Assembly: GCA_963704755.1 (NCBI GenBank)
Contig: OY969938.1
Span: forward strand, 2,400,001-2,432,000
Direction of reading: 5' to 3'
Source of the DNA: an uncultured Chloroflexia bacterium
GTDB lineage: Bacteria > Chloroflexota > Anaerolineae > Anaerolineales > Anaerolineaceae
DNA: 32,000 nucleotides
Part shown: positions 24,774 to 32,000 of the stretch, piece by piece
Layout: each line of letters opens with the position of its first letter
Position numbering within the stretch: the first letter of the stretch is position 1
Made by a program: the position numbers and the translations under genes
Notes under the pieces: model-generated
Seen by the model: the letters and a program-made list of their open reading frames with translations, nothing else
The model's database searches: none
What the model was told of the DNA's origin: nothing

Positions 24774-25532
24774 TTATAAAATTTTCCGGCTATGAGCCAA
24801 AGCGATAGCCTCAGTCCTTCGGCTTACCCCCATTTTTTGATATATTTGTGAAGTGTACATTTTTATCGTATTGACGGAAAGTGAAAGCTGATTGGCAATT
24901 TCCTTATTGGATAGACCATCCGCCATTAGTTTCAAAATTTCTAATTCCCGACGTGTAAGCAATCCAGATAGATCTTCCGCCGGTTCGACCTGATCCACAT
25001 TCTTGGCATCTTGACCAGACAGTTCCATTACCGGGACCGCCCCGAGAAACACTTTAGATTGTGGCGAATAAAAAATTCGATAATCACCTTGATTTGTGAA
25101 TTGAAAAAACTCATTACTGGTAAGGCCGAAAACAAGGTCAGCAACCTGAACCTCGTAATTGGGAACCTGGATAATGCCGATTGTGTTGCGCCATCGACAA
25201 ATAACTCGCCCTTCGACTTGAGCTGCTTTCCCATCCCGAAGGTCAAAGTTGATGCTGAGCCATCGCATCGGCGAACGACGAAGCAGCCATATCCATAGCA
25301 GGCCAATGGGTATCCAGAAAATGAGTTCTCCGCGGTTTGCGAAAGACGGAAACCGAAGCTTGAGAAACAATAAAATGAATAAGGAAGCCAATATGCCCGC
25401 AATACTTAAAGTTGCGGTTAGAAAGAGTAAGCGTCGTTGATAAAGGACGCGAATTTGAGTTCTGCTCAGGACACCCTGAACATTTGCCTGAATATCCTCC
25501 TGGGTCAAACTTACCACAGACAAATTACTCAT
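24774..25532 (-). CDS. Membrane-anchored LuxR/GerE-type transcriptional regulator
   Basis: The C-terminal LTRRELEILKLMADGLSNKEIANQLSLSVNTIKMYTSQIYQKMGV is a LuxR-type HTH. The N-terminal half has two predicted TM helices followed by an unassigned ~100-aa domain. Confidence 0.75.
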   Translation of the reverse strand: MSNLSVVSLTQEDIQANVQGVLSRTQIRVLYQRRLLFLTATLSIAGILASLFILLFLKLRFPSFANRGELIFWIPIGLLWIWLLRRSPMRWLSINFDLRDGKAAQVEGRVICRWRNTIGIIQVPNYEVQVADLVFGLTSNEFFQFTNQGDYRIFYSPQSKVFLGAVPVMELSGQDAKNVDQVEPAEDLSGLLTRRELEILKLMADGLSNKEIANQLSLSVNTIKMYTSQIYQKMGVSRRTEAIALAHSRKIL

Positions 25533-25802
25533 CAGATATATCTATTTCAGGTTTGGCGAAAGAAATAGGCACAGATCGGCTCATTTTTTTTTGTAGCTGA
25601 AGGGTTTTGGCGTTACCCCATCATTATAACAATCATATAGACTGAGATCTCGCTCACCAGGACATTTTTTTGGGGGAGGGTATTGCTTTTCGATTTGCAT
25701 TTGCAAAGGTCTGCTATGCAAACGCATACAGATCATGTTTATCCTGGGATAGTAAGAACAATCGTTGGTATTAACAACTGGAACATGTAAAAGGAGACCC
25801 AT

Positions 25803-26764
25803 ATGCAACCATACGAAGACGCCTACCTGCGCCAGCGGGTAGGCGCAGTGATTTAACTGCAAAAGCAGGGCAAAATCGTCATCGCCGCCTACCAGGACGG
25901 CACCGGCCTGCCGACCCGGCAGGATTTGCCCAACCTCAACCCGTCCACCCACCCGCACGACTACGCGCTGGGCGATGCAGGCTACCTTGACTACGATGGT
26001 CAGGTTGGCGCGTTCATCTTCACTCCCAAACCGGGCGCAGACTTACCCAAGGCGCTGGCACATTACCAGGAGCTTTCCCTGGCAGAAGCGGTTGTGAACG
26101 CGGCGACCCGCCAGGCGACCATCCGGGTGAACGACACGGAAATTACTTTCACCGGTGTCCCAATCTGGGTGCCGGGCCATACCCTGCTCAAGGAGCTCAA
26201 CGAAGAACTGGCCCGGACCAACTCAGGTGTGATCGTCTGGAAGCTCACCTGGGACGAACGAGGCATTGACCGGCAAGAGCGCCTCTTTCAAGGAGCGGCG
26301 TCCAGGCTGCGCAACGGCCAGGCGCTGGTCCACCTGAGCGGCTACGCCTACGACGAGGATCACGCCCTGATGTATGCCGGGGCGGTGGGGTACAAGACCA
26401 GCCTGGAGAGCATCCGGGGCCTACTTGCCGGGCAACACCTGGAGGGCGATGAAAGCTGCCCAACTACTGTATGGGGAATGAGGTCGGCGGCGCGATCGTA
26501 CCGGAAGAAGACGGCGATTTGTTGACCGAGCTGGCCCGCGAGGTGCTCAACGGAGCGGACCTGCCCGACCTGCAAACCCTGTTCGCCGACGAGATGAAGG
26601 TCAGCAACAACCCGCTGGGCAGCCTGACCACGCCCAGTGAGACCATCTTCCCGGGCAAGAAGGTGCTGACCTGGTCGGATTGGATGACGGAGAGGGCCGT
26701 GGTGATGAGAAGGAAATCAAAGAAGGAGGTAGCACCGGAGGATCAGATGGGATTAGGGATCTAA
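25803..26764 (+). CDS. Hypothetical protein on a GC-rich island (in-frame TAA and one frameshift)
   Basis: AAGGAG (25791-25796) lies 6 nt before ATG 25803. In-frame TAA at 25854-25856. ORFs 25926..26525 and 26471..26764 join across an AAA run at 26452-26454. No recognised motif. Confidence 0.4.
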
Positions 26765-26805
26765 AAAAGGAAGGGCTCTGAAGACAACCAGAGCCCTTCC
26801 TTTTT
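26763..26805. terminator. Bidirectional rho-independent terminator between convergent genes
   Basis: A6, then the 12-bp stem GGAAGGGCTCTG (26769-26780) / CAGAGCCCTTCC (26789-26800) with an 8-nt loop, then T5. Confidence 0.8.
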
Positions 26806-26834
26806 AAATTTAAGCGAACTTGTAGAATGAAAAT

Positions 26835-28536
26835 TTACACCATTTCCCTGGTGGTTAGCAACCCTCGTACCATGGCCGCGTCCTCACATTTCAGGGCTTT
26901 TTCAGCCAGTAATTTGGCCTCTTCTACAGAGAATTTTCGTATGGTTTCCTTCACCCCAGGGACAGATTTTGAGGAGACACTGAACTCATCCAAATCCAAC
27001 CCAAGCAGAATTGGAACGACTGCGGGGTCGCCGGCCAATTCTCCGCACAAACCCACCCAAATATTGTTTTGATGTGCAGCCTCAATTACTTTCTGTATCT
27101 GTTTTAGGATCGCCGGATGGGCAGCGTCCGCGATGGAGGCAATTTTCGTATTGGTTCGATCGACTGCAAAAGTGTATTGCGTCAGGTCGTTGGTGCCAAT
27201 ACTGAAGAAGTCTACTTCGCGGGCGAAGGAATTGGCCATTTGCACGACCGAGGGGATTTCCACCATAATCCCTACCTGAATATCCGTGGCGTACGCTTCG
27301 TGTTTTGCCTCGAGCTCGCGACGCGCTTCCAGCAGAAAAGCCTTTGCCCTGCGTAATTCATCGATCGTGGCGATCATTGGGAACATCATTCTCACATTAT
27401 GACCCTGCGCAGCCCGCAAGATTGCCCGCAATTGAGTTTTGAAAAAATCCGGGCGATCAAGGCAGACCCTTATGGCCCGCCATCCGAGGAAAGGATTCGC
27501 CTCCTGGCCTAGATCCATGTAAGGCGGGTATTTATCTCCGCCAATATCCAAGGTACGCACGACGACCGGCCGCTTGTCCATAATCTCGAAAATGGCCCGG
27601 TAGGTTTCAAATTGCTCATTCTCGCTGGGAGCAGTCTTTCTATTCATGTAAAGGAACTCGCTGCGCAGCAAACCAACCCCTTCAGCGCCATCCAGCAATG
27701 CTTCGCGAGCATCCTCCAGGCTCCCGATATTGGCCACGACCTCGATCTGGCGCCCGTCGATGGTGAAGGCAGGCTGCTGCGCCTGAGCCAACAATCTGTT
27801 GCGGTCGTTCAATTCGCGTTCTTGCTGTTCGGAATATTTCTGGCGGGTCATTTCATTGGGTGCAAGGATGATTTCGCCGCGATGGCCGTCAAGGATGATA
27901 CAGTCATTATCCGCAACCTCTTTTAATGCACTCCCTACGCCAACGACGGCCGGCAGCCCTAACGCCTTCGCCAAAATTGCAGTATGCGAGGTGGAACTGC
28001 CTTCTTGGGTCGCGAATCCTAAAATCATGCTCCGATTTATTTGCCCGGTAACCGAGGGAGTTAAATCCCGCGCCAGCAATATAACCGGAGAATCCAGATT
28101 CGAGAGGTCGTTGGTACGGATCCCGGCAAGGATGCGCAAGACCTGTTGGCCAATGTCGCGGATATCCGCGGCGCGGGCACTTAAATATTCATCCGGAAGA
28201 GCTTCCAGGCGGTCTGCAAAATAGCGGATGGCATAATCCCAGGCGAATTCAGCGCCCTGGTCTATTTTGGCGTGGGCCAGTTTGATCAGCTCGGGATCGT
28301 CCAATAACATTTCGTGGGCCGTGAAAATAGCAGCTTCTTCCGGACGGTCTTGCAACGAATTCGAATACCTGGTGTATGTTTTGCCGCACCGAGTTTCTGG
28401 CCTGCTCCAGGCGTTCTTTTTCCTGCGCGGGGTCAGATTTTTTGGGAACAATTTGGATCACTTCGTCTCGATACCAAAGGGTCCTGCCAATTGCGATTCC
28501 CGGTGCTGCTGCTATTGCTTTGAGTATTTGGTTCAT
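26835..28536 (-). CDS. ptsI: PTS Enzyme I (phosphoenolpyruvate-protein phosphotransferase) with an apparent frameshift near 28355-28365
   Basis: Motifs GSSTSHTAILAKALGLPAVVG (active-site His), EGVGLLRSEFLY, DFFSIGTNDLTQYTFAVDR, GLCGELAGD. The N-terminal MNQILKAIAAAPGIAIG... lies in ORF 28249..28572 in a different frame. The ATG at 28534-28536 has AGGAG 7 nt upstream. Confidence 0.9.
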
Positions 28537-28568
28537 TGATACTCCTAAAAGATTAACAACAACCCCAA

Positions 28569-29195
28569 TCACATTGAAGGTCGTTGGTATTTGAAGTTTT
28601 CGAGTCTGAAATCCGTATCCAGGCCGGATATGATCCGGCCCTTCCGATTAGCATCAATTTCGACCTCGATAATCGCCGCGGGGGGTATGTAGAATAATTG
28701 GGTCATTTTGCCGGTAATCTCTTTTAAGATCATGGAGATTAATCCGTGGTGCGAGATGACCAGAGTTGAACCGCCAGGATTTTGATCCAGGATTAAGTTG
28801 AGGGCCTTCACCACCCGTTGGTGCATCTCTCGAAGGGGTTCACCCCCTTTAAAATGGGGAATGAACCAATCCACCATTGTGTGAAAAAGAATCAGTTTCC
28901 TGGGAAAATAATGCATAGCAGTCCCTTCTGCTACACCAAAGTCTTGCTCCTGCAATAAATCCAGGGGATGTGGGGTCTGGCCAATTTCACCGGCGATGAT
29001 TTCCGCCGTTTGCCAGGCACGCCCGGTAGGGCTCGAAAAAAAGGAATCGAATTTTCTTCCGCGTAAAGATTCGGCGGTCATATGCACCTGCTGCAAACCC
29101 AGGGTGGAAAGCGGCGAATCGGACCGCCCATGAAGTAACCCTTTTTCCATCCATTCGGTTGAACCATGTCTTACGATAGTTAAATGGGCCTTCAT
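28569..29195 (-). CDS. Histidine-phosphatase superfamily protein (phosphoglycerate-mutase-like)
   Basis: RHG motif (LTIVRHGSTEW), SSPTGRAWQTAE, and a second catalytic His in VISHHG. Its ATG is 2 nt after the ptsH stop. Confidence 0.8.
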   Translation of the reverse strand: MKAHLTIVRHGSTEWMEKGLLHGRSDSPLSTLGLQQVHMTAESLRGRKFDSFFSSPTGRAWQTAEIIAGEIGQTPHPLDLLQEQDFGVAEGTAMHYFPRKLILFHTMVDWFIPHFKGGEPLREMHQRVVKALNLILDQNPGGSTLVISHHGLISMILKEITGKMTQLFYIPPAAIIEVEIDANRKGRIISGLDTDFRLENFKYQRPSM

Positions 29196-29197
29196 AC

Positions 29198-29464
29198 TTA
29201 CCGGTCGCTAAAATCGTTTTCGATAAGTTTTTTCAAGTCGTTTATCGCGGTCTCTTCATCTTCTCCATCTGCGCTAATGTGAATGATCGCATCCTTGGTG
29301 ATGCCCAGGTTGAGCAAACCCAAGAAACTCTTGCCGTCTGTCGAATTGTCGTTGTAGGCAACTTTTATGTCCGATTTATATTTTCGAGCCGTTTGAACGA
29401 ATAATGTCGCCGGGCGTGCGTGAAGACCGACGGAATGCAATATCGAAATTTCTAAATCTTTCAT
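29198..29464 (-). CDS. ptsH: Phosphocarrier protein HPr
   Basis: 88 aa, with the His-15 region ILHSVGLHARPA and the Ser-46 region DGKSFLGLL. Confidence 0.9.
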   Translation of the reverse strand: MKDLEISILHSVGLHARPATLFVQTARKYKSDIKVAYNDNSTDGKSFLGLLNLGITKDAIIHISADGEDEETAINDLKKLIENDFSDR

Positions 29465-29561
29465 ATTAATGATTTCCTCTGTAGCTAAGATGAATAAATT
29501 TGCGAGGTAAAGGTTGAGACACGATCCAACTGGCCTGAGCGCCTATCCGAAAATTACCCTG

Positions 29562-29602
29562 GGTGTTTGTTTTAGTCGGCAAAGCCGACTAAAACAAACA
29601 CC
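29562..29602. promoter_or_regulatory. Perfect 19-bp inverted repeat with a 3-nt loop between nagA and ptsH
   Basis: GGTGTTTGTTTTAGTCGGC (29562-29580) AAA GCCGACTAAAACAAACACC (29584-29602). No strong U-tract follows on the minus strand. It could be a terminator or attenuator, an RNA-stability element or a protein-binding palindrome. Confidence 0.5.
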
Positions 29603-29637
29603 AAAATATCTTAGGGATAGGTTCTAAATCCACCAAC

Positions 29638-30828
29638 CTAATTCTTTGAAACCAAATGGTCATGCAGATAGGTTTCTTTAAAGAATCCACTTTCTGCACG
29701 CTGGTCAAAAACCTTCTTGCCTTCAACGAAGGTGGCGATTGCGTTGTAGGCCGGATCGATCACCACAAAATCGGCGTCTTTTCCAATTTTGATCGAGCCC
29801 TTGCGCTCACCAAAACCATAATACTGGGCGGCATTCAACGACGACATGCGGATAACTTGTTCCAGCGGCAAATTCAATTGATCGACCAATACCGAGATGC
29901 CATACAGGACTGATTTTGTGGATCCCATCAATCTTCCGGTTTCTGTTTTACAAAAACCCTGTTCGTCCACATGGACGGTAAAAGGTCCAAACTTATAGTC
30001 GCCTTCCGGCGCCCCGGCAGCCTCGCTTGAATCGGATATCATCATCCAATGGTCCAGGCTCTTTACCCGGAACATCAATTCGAGCATCGTGGGGACAATA
30101 TGCAGCCCATCGCAAATGACCTCACACTGGACGTTCTCGTTGAGCAGGCAAGCGCCCAGGCCGCCCATATTGCGATGGTGAATCCCGCTCATAACGTTTC
30201 CGGTATGGGTCGAAACCGAAATACCGTTGTCGAAGGCTCGCATAGCTTCCTGAAAGTTACAGTTGCTGTGTGCATAAGCCATAACGACCCCTTTGTCGCG
30301 CAGGTAGTCCACCACTTTTTGGCTATCCGGAATTTCAGGCGCAATGGCCATCAGCTTGAGCAGGCTGTCCAAATCGGCGTAGATCTTTTCTACCAGTTCC
30401 ATATCTACCTGGGGAGGTTCAACGTAAACGCCGCCTTCACCCACCCGGTTCAAAAAAGGCCCTTCCGAATGGATGCCCAAAATTTGAGCCCCATCGGGTT
30501 GTTCGCGGGCTACTTTAGCGATGTATTTGCACATTTGAGGCGAGGCGGTCGGAAATACGCCGGTCACACCATTGGCAGCACAGCCCTTGAGGTAGCCCCG
30601 GATTTCACCTTCCGGGTCGCTAACGTCCGATCCGATCACACCATACCCCCTGGTCCCATGATTGTGGGTATCGATGATTCCCGGAATTATTCTATACCCG
30701 CTGTAATCGAAGGACGGCTCGATTTCCGCATTGGCACTATGAAAAGCAACAAATTGGCCGTTCTCGATTTCTAAATAGCCGTCGCGAACGCCTTGTTCGA
30801 AATAGATCTGATCGGATTTGATGTACAT
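29638..30828 (-). CDS. nagA: N-acetylglucosamine-6-phosphate deacetylase-like amidohydrolase
   Basis: Motifs GIIDTHNHG, GIHSEGPFLN, AYAHSNC, STHTGNVMSG, ISDSSEAAG. ORF 29638..30912 is trimmed to the ATG at 30826-30828 (MYIKSD...), 5 nt after the chbG stop. Confidence 0.75.
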   Translation of the reverse strand: MYIKSDQIYFEQGVRDGYLEIENGQFVAFHSANAEIEPSFDYSGYRIIPGIIDTHNHGTRGYGVIGSDVSDPEGEIRGYLKGCAANGVTGVFPTASPQMCKYIAKVAREQPDGAQILGIHSEGPFLNRVGEGGVYVEPPQVDMELVEKIYADLDSLLKLMAIAPEIPDSQKVVDYLRDKGVVMAYAHSNCNFQEAMRAFDNGISVSTHTGNVMSGIHHRNMGGLGACLLNENVQCEVICDGLHIVPTMLELMFRVKSLDHWMMISDSSEAAGAPEGDYKFGPFTVHVDEQGFCKTETGRLMGSTKSVLYGISVLVDQLNLPLEQVIRMSSLNAAQYYGFGERKGSIKIGKDADFVVIDPAYNAIATFVEGKKVFDQRAESGFFKETYLHDHLVSKN

Positions 30829-30833
30829 GGAAA

Positions 30834-31637
30834 TTACTCCGTGCGAAGGTCGTCGTAGGTGATGAGCGAGATTTTGTGAGAATCCAGGTAATCGATCAGT
30901 GCCGGCGAGCAAGCCATATAAAGATCTTTTTCGCGGATAAGGGTGTAAGAGGAAACCTGGAAGATCTCCTCATCCACAAAGCCGGCATGGCAAATCAAAA
31001 AAGAATATTCGTTTTCGAGAACTTCCGGGATAACTTCGAGGACGTGTTTCTCGACGTCCGTTTTTAATTGCAGCTCCACCGGAAATGGTTTGGGGTTCCA
31101 GGTATTGGTCAGGGGGTGGATGTTAAATTTTTCCCACATTTCAAAGGACGTCGGTACGCCGTACTTCACCGAGATGGCCTTCATCGCCTTAGCGATGTTG
31201 GGGGTGACGAAGGAATGCGGGTGAATGTACTTGGGCTTCTCGCCAACCAGGTCGAGGAACTTCAGGTACTGGTTTTCCACCTCGATCAGTGTCTGTTCCC
31301 AGGGGTACGGATCGTTGTCCATCTCGCTGATAATCGACATGGACGGTTTCTCGCCGGACTTGGCCCGCATTTCGGACGAGGTGTAGAACTCGCCGGTCGG
31401 TTTCACCAGGTCGGGAATTTGATCTGCCGCTGAAACCGGTTTTCCGGCCACCAGGTTGATATCGATGCCCAGGCAGCATTGAGGATATGGCTTGATCTGT
31501 TTGGCCGCAAAGGCAGAACTGGGCATATTTACAAACAAACCGGTATTGCGAATTAACCCTTCACGGATTCCTTTGAGAATCCCACAAGTTACTCCTTCGG
31601 TAATGCCGTAATCGTCCGATTCAAATAGCAATTTCAT
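30834..31637 (-). CDS. chbG: YdjC/ChbG-family carbohydrate (chitooligosaccharide) deacetylase
   Basis: The N-terminal MKLLFESDDYGITEGVTCGILKGIREGLIRNTGLFVNMP matches the YdjC family signature (xxDDxGxxxxxNxGI). The size fits, about 267 aa. Confidence 0.75.
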   Translation of the reverse strand: MKLLFESDDYGITEGVTCGILKGIREGLIRNTGLFVNMPSSAFAAKQIKPYPQCCLGIDINLVAGKPVSAADQIPDLVKPTGEFYTSSEMRAKSGEKPSMSIISEMDNDPYPWEQTLIEVENQYLKFLDLVGEKPKYIHPHSFVTPNIAKAMKAISVKYGVPTSFEMWEKFNIHPLTNTWNPKPFPVELQLKTDVEKHVLEVIPEVLENEYSFLICHAGFVDEEIFQVSSYTLIREKDLYMACSPALIDYLDSHKISLITYDDLRTE

Positions 31638-31639
31638 GG

Positions 31640-31984
31640 TTATCCTTTCAAAAACATCAACAGTCCGTCACGAATTTTTTCTAATCTCGGCATATCCACT
31701 TGAAAATCTTTTTTCGAGCGCGTGTTGCGTACCAAAAACCAATCTTTTTCAATGGTTCCCGTACAAATGTGAATCATCTTCGGGAAAAATTGGAGGTTTG
31801 TGTCCTTCCCGCGATCCTCACCAATTACTTTTTCAAGAATTTCCATGCGCGGAAGAGATGCAATGAGCTTTTTCGCTTCCAGGTCCGAATCTTTCTTGTG
31901 GATGCAGGCCATTTTTTCGCCAAAGGCCAGGCAATCGAGGTAAACCAAGATCTTATTCTGCAGGCTTTCATCCTTAGTCAGCAT
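31640..31984 (-). CDS. Hypothetical 114-aa protein, first gene of the chbG-nagA cluster in the window
   Basis: ATG at 31982-31984. The stop lies 2 nt before the chbG ATG. No recognised motif. Confidence 0.35.
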   Translation of the reverse strand: MLTKDESLQNKILVYLDCLAFGEKMACIHKKDSDLEAKKLIASLPRMEILEKVIGEDRGKDTNLQFFPKMIHICTGTIEKDWFLVRNTRSKKDFQVDMPRLEKIRDGLLMFLKG

Positions 31985-32000
31985 TTTTAAACCTGAAGAA

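Noticed and set aside
24623-24808. The 61-aa + strand ORF overlapping the 3' end of the LuxR-type gene.
   Set aside because: It is short, overlaps a well-supported convergent gene, and has no RBS or recognisable motif.
17486-25856. Stop-codon reassignment or programmed readthrough to explain the in-frame TAA, TGA and TAG codons.
   Set aside because: All three stop codons occur in-frame, and all three also terminate well-conserved genes here: TAA for ptsI, ptsH and chbG, and TGA for the C0 immunity gene and the corrected thioredoxin-like gene. Three of the four affected genes (the lipoprotein, the IS256 transposase and the GC-island gene) carry additional lesions.
25581-25958. The 125-aa minus-strand ORF, together with several GC-island minus-strand ORFs (26063..26266, 26245..26463, 26360..26575, 26464..26658).
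   Set aside because: They are Arg/Pro/Gly-rich shadow ORFs of a GC-rich + strand gene that has a consensus RBS and terminator. None has a start context of its own.

Overview
This is 32 kb of bacterial chromosome. The taxon cannot be determined from the sequence alone, and I saw no rRNA, tRNA or CRISPR array.

Left edge (632-3757, minus strand): arsR, a small CxxC redox protein, an ArsP-type permease and an MFS transporter.

Centre (about 4.1-22.3 kb, all minus strand): an ~18 kb island of nine 5'-truncated rhs/YD-repeat C-terminal modules, here called C0-C8.
- Eight run through the RHS core-terminal DPxG motif and then switch to a different AT-rich toxin tip.
- Two tips are HExxH metallopeptidases inside a 2341-bp-offset tandem duplication.
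- Three tips are PD-(D/E)xK-like nucleases, and three are of unknown fold.
- The ninth module, C8, is a truncated remnant.
- Eight modules are followed by a small putative immunity gene.
- No full-length rhs gene is in the window.
- The island is cut by an IS630 transposase remnant (19531-19857) and capped by a decayed IS256-family element (about 22301-23634).

Right part: an alpha/beta hydrolase, a membrane-anchored LuxR-type regulator, and a GC-rich island carrying one unknown gene. These are followed by a minus-strand sugar cluster: chbG-nagA, then ptsH, a histidine-phosphatase-family gene, and ptsI.

About a dozen reading-frame breaks are visible. Most are 1-nt changes in short homopolymers, and one is in ptsI. 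There are also four in-frame stop codons. Several 'pseudogene' calls may therefore be consensus errors.

All family assignments come from motif recognition by eye. No searches were run.
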